Shown here in pieces: positions 37,950 to 50,769 of a DNA stretch of 64,000 bases. Positions within the stretch are counted from its first letter, which is position 1. Each line of letters starts with the position of its first letter. The stretch is from Camelus ferus (lineage: Eukaryota): NCBI RefSeq assembly GCF_009834535.1, contig NC_045696.1:65412001-65476000 (forward strand), given 5' to 3'. The notes beneath the pieces are model-generated. The model saw nothing but the letters and a program-made list of their open reading frames with translations. It ran no database searches and had not been told where the DNA came from. Position numbers and translations under genes: made by a program.

Positions 37950-39295
37950 GACATGCCCCCCACCTAGAGACCAGAGAGGATTTTATGTTTAAAAACAGCA
38001 GTCATTCTTTATGCACATTTATACCTAAATGGCCCACTTGATCAAAAGCAATTTAAAACGTTTATAGCCATGATGGAGAACTTCTGAAATCCCTCAACTT
38101 ACTTTTCTCAAAATGAAACTGGACAACCACTACTCTCAAAAATTTCCAAAACTGAATGGAACACCTATTTTGATTGGTATTTTGAAACTTCCAGTGTTAT
38201 CAGGAGCCTAAAACTGCCTCTCTGCAAAGTGAGATTTTAATATTAACTGAGGCAAACAAACAATTAAAGGAAGATAAAACGTCTTCTGAAGCCTCATGCC
38301 CTTGTTTCCTGGATTCTTTGTCTCAGGCTCCACTACTAGCACCATTTTGTCTCAGCTCCTCATGCTCAGGCCCTTCCTCCAGCACCATTTTTCTCCTTTC
38401 ACTCCATGCCACCTGTACCTCCTCTATAACCTCTGTTCCCCCATATTAATTCTTTTACCAAACCTCCCTTTTTTCCTGAACCTCTCCCCATCCCCATTTC
38501 CTGTGAACTTATCAGAACCTGTTCCTTTAAAATTAAGCCTTCTGAGCATCTAACAGCTAAGCCCTTAATTTCTTATACTCTCTGGCTAAAGCTGAACTGT
38601 GAGCCACAGTCAAAGAATTCCCCGAACTAACTTGAAGACCCTCACAGATTTGCTGAAGGATTTAACATAGTCATTCAAACTTATGAATCTGGTTTCTCTG
38701 ACTTGTATCAGCTAGTTCAAATGCTTGTCAGTGAAGTCCAGGCCCAGCTCTGGATAAAAATTGCTAATTGGGAAAATCTTGAAAGGTCTCAAGAATTACA
38801 ACTGGAAGTCCAGCCTGCTAACTTATTATATGACCAAGCTCAGGCAATTGCTAAGTGGCTTCATTAGACAATTCCTAGAGTACTTTCAAAGCCCTTTGAT
38901 TAGAACAAAATTCAGGCTTGCACACAAAAATCTGATGAACCTGTTCATGACTATTAATACAGACTTCAGATTATTTTTAAGGAAAATTCTGATCTTCTTT
39001 CAGATGTTGATTCCACCTGGGTATGTTTTAACCCAAGGTATATCAATGGGCTGAAACAGGAACTTTCCCTTTAGTAAAAAGGATCACAATGGGATGGGAA
39101 ACTGTCCAATCCAGACTTAGTTAATCTGGCAAGCCATCTCTCTCTCACTCTAAATGAGTCATCTAAAAGGAAGACAACTAAAATTCTTAATCTTCAACTC
39201 CAGCAAATGAAGGTCCATAAAGGAAACCAAAACCCACGAAGTTTCTACTATTATTTCAAAGGGCCATGACACTGAAACAGAGATTATTACAAATG
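37950..39295 (+). pseudogene. gag: ERV gag remnant (Pro-rich linker, capsid with major homology region, decayed Zn knuckle)
   Basis: From 38634: EDPHRFAEGFNIVIQTYESGFSDLYQLVQMLVSE... MHR at 38910-38966: IQACTQKSDEPVHDY*YRL. Knuckle remnant FYYYFKGP*H*NRDYYK at 39242-39292. Confidence 0.88.
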
Positions 39296-39309
39296 TCAGT
39301 ATTTTCCTC

Positions 39310-41730
39310 TCCTTCTCAAGCCTCCTTCCTGGAAGAAAGCATCTACTAGCTAAAGCTTTTAGCTTTAAAGGGACAAAAGGTCACCAAAGAAAAATTGTAG
39401 TTTTCTAAAACCCAGGTTTGATATTTAGTGCATCCAGTATCAGAAAAGGGCTACACCTAGACCCAGAAAGGCTTCATGGTCCTAAATTTCCCAAATCCTA
39501 AATTAAGTGCCAACTGTGATTTTTTCTAGGGCAAGTTAGTTATTGCTGGAATTAAATTCCAAATTTTTCTCTTAGGGCCAAACCTCTGTGTGTTATACTA
39601 AAGAGCAACAACCCTGACCCAAATATACTGGCTTACATAGACTTCAAGGCCTTAAAGGAGAGTTTAACAAACTCTTAGGGATCCCAATGATCAGATTCCC
39701 TCTTTCCTTTTTGTATATGAAAAGGCAGGGAGTGTCCTTGGGGTACTCACCCAAAAAACACAGGGACTATCATTAACCCATAAGGTGTTATAGCCAGCAA
39801 CTGGACCTTGTGGTGCAGGAATAACCCCATTGCCTTAGAGTCATAATGATCTCTGCCCTTTTGGTTAAGACCACTGAGAAAATGCCCTTTAACCATTTTA
39901 AACTTCATGTAGTAGAGGCCTTTCCGAATTCTATTCACACTCAAAATTTCTCAGTCAGCTACCTCCACTCCTATGAAATCCTTTTGTTAACTGCTCTTTA
40001 CATAATTATTTGATGTTGTAATGAACTTAACCCTGCTACTCTTCTCCCCTCTGGCTGACTTCTTATGGTTAACTGATGGTTCTGATTTAAAAGGTGACAA
40101 CGGCAAATGTTAGGCTGGGTATGCTATCACAGCTCCTCCTGATGTTGTTTAGGCTCACTTTAACCTATGCCTACTTTGGCCCAACAGGCTGAACTACATA
40201 CTCTCACATGGACTTGTATGTTAGCAAAAGGCAAAACTGCCAATATTTATTAATAGCAGATAAGCTTTTAGCGTAGCTCATGACTTTGGAATGTTGCGGA
40301 GGCAACATGGTTTCCTTACTTCTGGTAGAAATAAAATTTTAAATGGCTTTATTTCAGGAATCACTGTTTGCGATACTTTTACTCGTTGCTTTAGCTATTA
40401 TTAAAATTCCAGGGCATTCCAAACTTGACTCTGGAAGCTAAGAGAAATCACTTTGCTCACATTTCCACAAGGAATGCTATTCTTAAAGAAACCAACAGTA
40501 GCCAAAACTCTGACATGGTCAAAAGGGTATTTCCCCAAATCATAACTTAGAAAAACTAGCTAGAGAAGCCGCATTATTGGCCTCGGAAAAGGAAAATCAA
40601 GATTGTGAATTCAACAACTGTTGGTTTGATAAAAAGTGAAAGCTCTGATTTGGATAAAGTAACAACCTAGTTTTACTGAAGACTCAATTTCCCACTCCTC
40701 ATCACTGTACATACTTTAAACCATTGGTCTTATGACAAAATGATCACCTTCACGGATCAATATTGGTGCTAAACATTTACAGGCTGCAAAAAGCGTGTAC
40801 CACACTTGTCTCATTCGTCCAAAGTACAACCTAGGAAGCCTGTTCATTCTGCTCCTGGACATTTTAAGCTGTTTAATGGACCATTTGAGGTCTGGCAAGT
40901 GGATTTCATGCATCTTCCTCTGTCTCATGGATAAAAGTATATTTTAACTACAGTCTGCATGTTTTCACACTAGGCGGAAGCCTTCCCTCGCAGACAGGCT
41001 ATTGCCTCCTCTGTGGCTAAAATCCTTTTGGAAAATATTATCTGTACCTGAGGAACTCTTCTTGAATATCATAGTGATCATGGAACCCATTTTACTGGTT
41101 AGGAGCATCAACAAGTCCGTGTCATTCATCCATTTTTACAACACTTTCACTGTTTGTGTGAGATAACCACCCTCAATTCTCCGGTTTAGTTGAACGCACA
41201 AATGACATTAATATGACTGCTGGGAAATTCTGTAGAGGCCTACTTAGCCAAAAGCTTTGCTGCCAGTCTTTCTAAATCTTAGATCCACCCCTTTTGGAAC
41301 TCATAAACTCTCACCCCTTGAGATAGTCATGGGATTACCAATACCCTTGGCTCTTGCCTCTTCTGACCCACAACTGACAAAAGGAGAGATACTTCAATAT
41401 TGGAAAAGCCTAATCAGCTCTATAAAAAAAAAAAAAAACTCTTTTGGTAGAGCAATCTTTCAGTGTAATCTCAAGAGATGCAGATCTTAAGGATCACACC
41501 TTGCAACCTGAAGACTTTGTCTATCAGAAAAGACACCTCCAGAAGGACTGTCTTCAACCTGGCTAAACATGCTCTTATCAGGTATTGATAACCAACCATT
41601 GTGCTGACAGATTTAGGGAACAGACTCTTGGATTCACGTGACACTTGCAAAGAACACACTGAACCCTGATTGGATCTGCACATCATGTGGGGATCTAAAA
41701 GTAAAGATTCCTCAGAATTAAAGCTGGTGA
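39310..41730 (+). pseudogene. pol: ERV pol remnant (RT C-terminal half, RNase H, integrase)
   Basis: LLKLLALKGQKVTKEKL*FSKTQV*YLVHPVSEKG (~39346-39450); RNase H WLTDGS...AGYA at 40066, then AQQAEL and AHDFGML; IN GPFEVWQVDFMHLP at 40878, SDHGTHFTG, HPQFSGLVERTN near 41170, WIHVT at 41629. Confidence 0.92.
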
Positions 41731-42062
41731 CATCTGATGAGACAGCTTTCCTAATATATCTGGATCAGGCCTATTGGCAGTTTGCCTGTCTTTGATGATG
41801 ACACAGTGCTTCAGATGATTCCAATGACTATCTTGATAACTTATAGACTTTAGATGAAAGATTCCTAAGCATTCTTCCTCCTATTCCTCTTTACTCAAAT
41901 GTGACCTCAGAAGGTTTCTAATCTGTGTGCTTTCCCTCCAAGAAGACACTACACTTAGGAAAGGTCCTTTCTGACACTGAGGGACAAAAAGCCCCTGAAA
42001 CAAGAAATCCTAACTCTTGATCAGTAATACTTTCAGAAAAAATATTGATCAAAAGGGGAAAC

Positions 42063-42425
42063 TATAAAAATTAATAAACCAAAACCTCAAATCTATAGAG
42101 TCAGGAGACCAGAATGAGGAGCTCTCACGCCCTTCAACAGTAGAACCCAACAGAAAGGAGACAGACTTCCTCTTGCCTGACAAGAGCTCAGCCAATAACA
42201 GACAAGGGCAACTTAGGCAATGAAAAGCCATAGACTCTTGATTTACTCTAGCCCTCCCAACTTCCTTTCCCCTCCCCCTTTAAAAGTGTTCTCCATCTAT
42301 TTTTGTGTGGGACTGGCATATGGCTCACCATGGTTGCCAACCCCAAATTGTAATCATTTGTTAATCCAAAATGAACCCATTTATGCTGAAAAAATAACTT
42401 GCAGTTTATTTGTTTTAGGTCAACA
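42063..42425 (+). mobile_element. 3' LTR of the ERV
   Basis: Directly follows the PPT. Contains CCAAT (cagccaat), TATA-like tttaaaa and a CA terminus. Homologous to 2070-2377. Confidence 0.88.
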
Positions 42426-44215
42426 GACCACACAGCAAAAGGGAAAGCAAGAACTTAGGATGCCTCTAAAAGCTTCTGATTATCTGTAGTTGCATCATGT
42501 TTGCTCATAATCTATTGGCCAAAGCATGCTACAAGGTAAACCACGTATCAACACAATGGTGATGTGAACTCCTCCCATAGGAGGCACTGGCAATGAACAA
42601 TTGATGAGCAAGCATAATCCTCTTACAGAAAAGGAAAAGTTAATGATTGTGAAAATAATGTAATCTCTCAAAGACTTCTCTCTTGATTGCAAATATTCAC
42701 TTCTCTCATTTCTGCATGAAAAATATTCTATCTATTTTCACAAGGAAGGTACCCTAAAATTTCATCCAATCATGCTCTCAGCCTTGAAGACGAGGAATTA
42801 CATCAGATTCACATATAGCTCCTCTTGGTCCAGAGACCTGTGACTAAAATGACAAGTTTTTGGCTCCCCCTCCACAACACTAATGCACACCTCATTTTAA
42901 AAATTAAAGAAAGAAAAGTACCCATAGGTCACTGGGCTACAGAAATTCTTTAATTCTATAAGGCAAATATTAAATTTCTTACCTTGAAGGTTGATAATGT
43001 GTCTTGATTGAGCCCAGGTTCTACTTTCTATAACTGACTTCACAGTTTATTATTCTCCATGAATCTTTATTCTTCCCTCTACCAATTCCTTGTTCATTTT
43101 CCCGCTCTTCCAAATCTGAAGAAAGCAATGAAGAACATGACCTCCTTGGAAACTGAGGAGTTTTCTCGGCCTACTTTATGCCTGCAGATATTTTGAAAAC
43201 CAATGTTTTTTCACATCAGGAACAGTCAAAATCTCTCTTAACACAAGTTTGACGTCAGTCAATTGCATACACTATTATCCACATCCACAATAGTTTTCAA
43301 ATACTGTATCTCTACATCAAAAGCTTCTTTGTAAGAAAACTTTTAACCCCTTCTTCCTGAGCCATTTTGTCTAACTAAAAAGATGTACTGGTGTTGTTTT
43401 AACCTACAGAGATAACTTAAGTAAGGAAATCATGATTATATTTTTGATTTGGCTTATGCCTTGAGATTGAGTCTGATTCTTTAAATAATTTCTCCTTTGT
43501 TCTTTTACCTATTGGGCATGAGTAGGAGTTGTAAATCTTAGCCTTACAAGATTGAGACTTTCTGGATTCTTTTTCCCTTGCATCCCTGCTTACAAATGGG
43601 CCAATTCTTTTCTAAGCACATATAGTAATACTTGTATTACTCACCTAATGCAGCTACTAAACCAAAACCACAGTAAAACTTTGTATCACAAAACCCATTT
43701 CTTTAAATCCACAAATTTACTAAGTACATTTTTTGCCTTCCAAGTTCTCAGTACTTGAAGTATACCAAATCTTTACCTCCACTGATATTGACATTTTTTC
43801 CACTCTCGAAAAACTTCCCATCTCTGACCTGTTACACATTTCTAAACCTATAGCTTGGGGGTATTTTGTTAGGGCAGCACTTATTTCTGGTACCAGATTG
43901 TTTATAACAATCAGCTTTGCTATGTAACAAACAGCACTAAAACTTCAGTGGTTTATAGTAATAAACTTTCCTATACATAGACTCTGACTGCTCTGGCTAT
44001 TCTTGTCTTTGCTCCATATGAGTTTTCAGTCTACAACATAGGATGTGGGAGCAGCCTTTGTCTAGGAAGAATATTACCTTCTTGGCAATTGAGAAGTTTT
44101 CTCAGCCTACTTTATGTCTGTAGATATTTTGAAAACCAACGATTGTTTTACATCACAAATAGTTGCAACACACCCCTGTTTATGGCACAGAAAAAGAGTA
44201 AGAGGTATCATGGAA
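42426..44215 (-). mobile_element. MaLR (MLT1J/K-like) provirus: partial LTR, internal region (~42650-43895), partial LTR
   Basis: LTR piece ctattggccaaagcatg...ctcctcccataggaggcact. The MaLR internal 5' start appears antisense as gggtattttgttagggcagcacttatttctggtaccaga next to the second LTR (tgtaacaaacagcactaaaacttcagtggttta). Confidence 0.7.
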
Positions 44216-44724
44216 TTTTTAAGCAGAAATAAATGTCTTAATATACAGGTTGGAGTGCCAAATTTTTGTACACAGTTTTCTTTTGTGATATTATTCCGAG
44301 TACCTCACTGTAGACAGGCTCTGCAGTAGTGACTGTGAACCTTGTTTTACTGTCATTCATCAAATCTTGGATCTGTTAAAGCTAGCAGATCCTCAGAGGT
44401 TATGAAGGCAACATTATTATACGAATAGGAACACCAAAGGGTAAAGAGGTAAGTGTCTTTCAAGTGGTAATACGACAAGGTAGTGTCTAAATAGGGAACA
44501 GTATTGGGTTCATCTCACTCTTAGTGATAGAGTTTTGCCTACTATTCCATGCTTCTTCCTTCTGAAGAAACACAAAATTATTTAGTAAAACCAGTGTTTT
44601 TTGTTATTATTGCTGTCTGCATTATTAATATATATAATGAAAAACTATCTTCAGTCTCATATTCATATACACTGTCTTATATGCATATACACTGTTAGCT
44701 TAGGCTAAATTACACGGCATATCT

Positions 44725-45060
44725 GTGTCAGTTAACTTAGGCCAAGTTATGTTATAGTAACAAATGACCACAAAATCTTAGGCTTAAGGTGACAAAGATT
44801 CCTTTCTCACTCATGTTCATGTTCACTTCAGGGTGGGATATAATTGATAATTGTTTCACTGCAGTAAGAAAGATGGTAGGGCAATGTAACAGTTCTAATT
44901 TTTTCCCCCCTGCTGGAAAGTCATCCAAGTAACTTCTGCCCATGTATCACTGGCTAAAGACTTATACTGATAGGATCAATAAACTAATTTTTCCATAGGT
45001 AAAGTTTCAGAGCAGAAGAGGGGGAGAGCAGGAAATATTTTGACTATGGTACAATTTGCA
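44725..45060 (-). mobile_element. Old MaLR LTR (MLT1K/L-like)
   Basis: tgtcagttaacttaggccaagttatgttatagtaacaaatgaccacaaaatcttaggcttaa...cactggctaaag. Confidence 0.65.
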
Positions 45061-45179
45061 TGCACATACAACAACTCAGAGAAATATAATTTGTCCATCT
45101 TTATTACTTTACTTATTGGAATAAAAGATATTAAAGGATTTTTGAATGAAAAATGGCTAAAAATATGTAGAAAATGGAC

Positions 45180-48100
45180 CTCTTGGTGGTGTTATCATGA
45201 AATGTATACCAAAATTCTGTTTCCAGCATCCAGGAGTAAGCACCTAATAAACTGATCTTCCCACAAATGAGAGCTATTGACTCTCAAAACACAACTACCT
45301 GAGGGTACTGGCGATGGAAGCTAAGTAAGCATCCTTTGAAGGGGAACTGAAACTTGGAGCATGTGCCAGGAGGGAGTGAGCACATTCTTTTTTAGCTGCT
45401 CTGCACAGAAAGCAATCACAGCAGAAGTACTGGGTATGGGGTGGTTATAACTTTGCTAGGAAAAAAATCACCGTCCATTTGGCAGCAGAATCAGAGAAGA
45501 GAATCCAATGAAACGAGGGCTTCTGCAAAGGAAAAATCCAGAGAAAAGAAATCCCTAAAACCTGAATCTCTGATACTTGGGCAAACTGAAAGCAATTAGG
45601 AGGTAAGATACTGAAGAACTCAAGTATAATCTGAGACACTGCCACTACAGTTTATTTTGAGTTTAATTTGAGACTAAGTTAATTTTCTGCTAAACCAAAG
45701 TACCAACATTATTTATAGTAGTGTAACAAAATTTAGAACCTACACAACATAACATTCACAATGCCCCAAATCCAATCCAAAACCTCATGTACAAAGAGCC
45801 AGACACAATGACCCATTCTGAAGGAAAAAGAAAACCAAAGATGTCAACCCTAAGATGACCAGATGTTGGAATTATCACACAAGAACTTTAAATACAGTTA
45901 TTATAGCTATGCTCAGTGAGATAAAGAAAAATAGACTTTAAAAAATTGGACGTCTCACCACATAATTAGAAAATATCAAAAGGAATAAAACAGAAATAGT
46001 AGAATTGAAAAATAAAGATCTAAAATACAAATTTCTTGGTTAAGATTAAGTAGCAAAATGGAGAAGACAAAGGAATCTAAGTGAACTTGAATACAGATCA
46101 ATAGAAATAATCCAACTTGAAGGAGAGAGAAAAAAGATTGTGAAAAAATATAAACTGGGCCTAAGCAGCCTGCAGGTAATTTCAAAACACACAGGCAGAG
46201 TTCCAGAAAGAAAAGGAGCAAGTTTGGGGCAGAAAATTTTTGAAGAAATAGTGATCTAAAACTTGCCAGATCTGATGAAAGATACACAGTTATTGATCCC
46301 AAAAGATCAGCAAACCCCAAACAAGATAAATTTGAAAAAAATCTTACCTCAACATATCATCATAGTCAAACTGCTGAAAGCCAAAGGTATGGAGACAGTG
46401 TTGAAAGCACCCAGAGAATAAGAAAACTTTACAGCCAGTGGAACGATGATTCAAGTGATGGTGGATATGACATCAGAAACCATTAAAGACAGACAACAGT
46501 GAAACAAGATATTTAAAGTCTAGAAAGGAAAAAACTAACTTAACCCAAAATTCTATATCAGGTAAAAATATAATTGAGTCAAAAAAAGACATTTTGAAAT
46601 AAAGCAAAACTATGGAAATTGTAATTAAAATTCTTCAGGCTCAAAGAGAATTGGTATCAGGGGAAACTCAAATGTTTAAGAATGAATAAAATTTAAATGA
46701 ATAAAGATTTAAAGTAGTCAATATATGGTTAAATATAAAAATAATTTATGATAATTTCTTTAATATACAAGGTTAATACAGAAAATCAACTGCAGCAAAC
46801 ATATGTAAAATGAAATTTTAAAAAATTTGCATTTACACTCAAATCATAAAATGCTTAAATAAAAACTTAATAAAATAATTTAATAAAATATGTACAAGAT
46901 CTTTACATTGTAAACTATAGAGAATTAGAGAAATTAACAAAAATCTAAAATTAATAGAGAAATGCTACACATTCACAGATTGGAAGAATCGATATTAATA
47001 AGATGCAAAATCTCTCCAAAGTGATATACAAATTCAATGAAATCTCAATATAAAGTCTAGAAAACTTGTTTATAGAAATTGAAAGGTTGATTTTAAAATG
47101 TATATAGAAATGCAGACAACCTAGAATAGTGAAAGCATGTTAAACAAAAGCAAACCTGGATGACCTACACCACCAGACTCTGAAAATTACAATAACACTA
47201 TAATAATCAAAACAGTGGAGTACTGGCCCAGGATAGATACATAGATCGATGGAACAAATTAGAGTATCCAGAAAATAGACATGAAGATATATGATAGACT
47301 GATTTTCAAAAAGGTTGCCAAGCCAATTCAATAGGGAAAAAAAAAATGTATTTTCAAAAGGTGGCACTGAAACAACTCAAAATAAGTTTGAAAATTAAAA
47401 AAAAAAAACTCAACCTTAACTCACACAAAATTAATTTAAATTGATTAAAGGCCTAAATATAAACACCAAAACAATAAAATATCTAATTTAAGACAAAAAT
47501 AATCTTGGAGACTTAAGGGTAAGCAAGTACAACTTAAATAAAATATATAAGGTGTAATCATAGGACATATACATAAATGTACATATATAAGACATATATA
47601 TCAAATAACATTTACCTAGAAAATATAAACAAATCTTACAACTCAGCAAAACATACTCTCATTTTTTAATGTTCAAAAGATCTGAACCGGCAATTTACAA
47701 AACAAGATATATGAAAAGCCAATAAATACATAAAAAGTAGTCAACATCATTGATCATTAAAAAAAAGCAAACTAAAACACAATGAACTACTACAGCCACC
47801 CATAAAAGCAATGAAAATTAAAAAGATTAATAATATCAAATGTTGGCTAGGATGTGGAGCAACAGACAGTCTCAGAAACCACTGGTGGGAATGCAAAATG
47901 ATATAACTTATAAAAACAGTCAGTTTCTTATAAAGTTCATAATACTGTGTCCATATGACTTAGCCATTTCACTCTCAGATATTTACAAAAGGCAATAAAA
48001 CCAGATGTCCATGCAAAGATGTATATATATAATTGCTGATAATACAATCATTTGCAATACTCCAAAATGAAAATAAGGCAACATTCATTATCGGGTGAAC

Positions 48101-48430
48101 CAATAAAGTAAAAAGTAAATGTTACCCACTCAACGGAATTCTGTTCAACAGTAGGAAAGCGTACTGACACCCACAACGACATAGATAAATCTCAAAATAT
48201 TTTTGTTGAGAGAAAGCTGCTAAACACAAAAGATGATAGTATGAGATGATTTCCTTTATAAAAATGCAAACTAATCTATAATCATGTATGTGGTTGCTTG
48301 CATCTGAGAGTGGAGGGAAGGACTGACTGTAAAGGCGCAAGAAGGATATTTCAGGGATGATTAAAATGTTGTATATCATGTAATGGTGAGTTTGTATACA
48401 AATGTATACAGCTGTCAAATTACACATTTT
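45180..48430 (+). mobile_element. Long old LINE-1 (L1ME-type): 5' region, ORF1, internally deleted ORF2, 3'UTR
   Basis: ORF1 motifs (catatcatcatagtcaaactgctgaaagccaaag) jump near 46770 to the distal half of ORF2 (gattggaagaatcgatatt; aaatgttggctaggatgtggagcaac), then the 3'UTR (gtatacagctgtcaaa). Confidence 0.85.
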
Positions 48431-50769
48431 AAATAAACACAGTTTCTTAGGTGGACATTTTGCTCAAGAAAGTCGGTATGAAAAAAATATTTACATATAC
48501 CTCTAATTTTGGCTTGGTTTTGCTACTTTCATATATAAGAATAATAATTTCTGTTCCTGATAATGGTAGCCTAGATTACTGTAGATCAACTATTCTTCTG
48601 AGAACAGATAGAAAGCATGCAAATCATATTTAAAAGGACCTACTTGATGGTATCACCAATATTTTCTAAAACCATCAGACTTGAGAGGCCAACACAGAGA
48701 GGAGAGGAGCCCAGAAAGGTGGGTGCAACATTCAGTACACTTATCTTTTTTTTCCTTAAGACATTTGTTGATTTGCAAGCTGCATCTGACAGTCTAATGG
48801 GATTCTTTTGGGGGAAAAAGGAACACAGGAAGCATCAAGTATGTCTCTGGTAGTGTAGGTACCTGGAAATTCTAGGACAATTTCCATGTACACAGACCAC
48901 TGAAATGAAGCAATAATTCTACTTGGAGGGGAACCATACGTAATAGATGATATTGGATGCTAAGCTTGAACTGAGCTGTATTTTCCCACTATAATAGTGG
49001 AGATGGTATTTCTTAGCAGAAGGCATAATCAATAACTAGTCCTTCATAAGGTTTCTCGGAGAGCTTCCTTCTGTCAGTACACAGCAGGAGGACAAGGGAG
49101 GTTCCAGCTTTTTCGCAGAAGAGGTAATGTATTTTCTTGTTCAGTTTCTTTCCCAATGAATCTACACTGTTCTGGAAGCAGAGTAAGTCCTACAGACAGC
49201 CATCTTCAGTACATAATAGCTATTCAGGATGTAATACTCAATACCAAGAGAATGAGCCCCCTCTTTTAGTGATTCTTTATCAATATAATTCTTCAGAATG
49301 ACCTAAGTTTCAGGTAAATCTTGAGCAGGAAAAACATCATTAATTGGCTTTTACCAACTTCAGTGCTGACCTTGAGGTTAGATAATGAAGTTTTGTTCTT
49401 GTTCTGCTAATATATGACTTTGATCAATTAATTCACCTCTCTGAGCCTCAGATTCTGACAAGGCAGCCAGGCTAGAATATCATGCCATGAATGGCATGCT
49501 TAAAAGAGCAGAAGAAATATTAAAATGCCAGTCAGTCCATTTGCTATATATCATGCTGACTGCCATAAAAATCAGTGACATGCATTCTGCCTACTATGTG
49601 GAAAGTTCCACGCTAAGTCTGGTATCATTGGGTTACCTAGAAACTTTGCCTACATCATGATAATTTCTGCCACTCTTAAAAGACCACTGAAGGTTTCCTG
49701 TATTAAATATTAGGAACATGTCCAAAGGGAACTGCTTCTCATTACTTTTCTTTGAAAATTCCCCTCCTTTAAACTCCTCGTTAACTTAGCCATTTCCTCC
49801 CCCGGAGATAAAAGCAGGCTGAGGCAAAATGTACAGTATGGAGGTGAGTTTTACAGAATCAACCTCTAATTTTTAAAATGCCTTTTGGAAGGCAAGAGAA
49901 ATATGCAATTACAACAAATTACAACTAATAATGATTATACCTAGGGAAAAAATCTCCTGGTATTTCCAGTATCTTACATCTCTTACATGACTAATTCCAA
50001 GGATATTCATATTTATTTGTTATCTATAGATTTCTCTACTATTAATAGGCTCCTGTAAAAGGGAAGTTGAATCTCTTGGCAAAGATCAGTTGTGTGATAT
50101 GAATCTTGAGATATGGGTATGGCTTACTCTAATTTCAAGTTTCCTGAATTTTGAGACATTTCATTAAAAATAATTTCTAAGTGATCTTCACAAACACATT
50201 TAAACACACATATCTAAACACACATATCTATACACACATATCCACTAACCACAAATATACTTGGTAGGGTATGGTAAGAGATTGTGATTGTCATTTTTTT
50301 TTATTGTTTTCAGCTGTGTTTTAACCCAATACATATTTCCCTCCCATAAGACATCAACTGCAAATCCCTGATTAAAAGCAGTAAAAAGAGGTAATTTCTT
50401 TCATTAATTCCTTTGGGGGAAAAAAAAAAAGCAGTCCAATAAGAAATAAGGATCCATCAGTCTGATCAGTGCCCCCTAAGGGAAGATTTTCCTCTCTGAT
50501 AAAGAAAAGCCCCTGCTTAATTGGCTTGGTCCATTCATCCTGCCTTGAATGCAAATGTAAAAGCTCTTGCTTATTGAAGCTGATGCAGCCATCAGGCAAT
50601 AAGCTTAAAGAGAAAAAGGGAACATGTTCAGATGGCAGAATAGAAAATTAGTATAAGTCTGGATACTCCGTATCATCAAAGGTAATCCAACCTGGAACCA
50701 ACTCCGAAGATATGTTGTCATATGAGGTTATTAGATAGCTTCTTTGCTTAAGCTGTAATTTCTCAGGTA

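Larger units (their letters stand above)
37720..42425 (+). mobile_element. Degraded class I endogenous retrovirus: leader/gag, partial pol, PPT, 3' LTR; no env and no 5' LTR
   Basis: gag CA/MHR, RT C-half, RNase H and IN motifs occur in retroviral order. PPT aaaaggggaaa at 42051-42061. The LTR ends ...ggtcaaca at 42425. The 5' boundary is approximate. Confidence 0.93.

Noticed and set aside
38761..39054. 97-aa ORF as an intact or domesticated gag
   Set aside because: It is out of frame with the gag motifs. The true gag frame contains several stops.
41730..42050. env or syncytin-like gene
   Set aside because: The interval is too short, with no ORF, furin site, immunosuppressive domain or TM segment.
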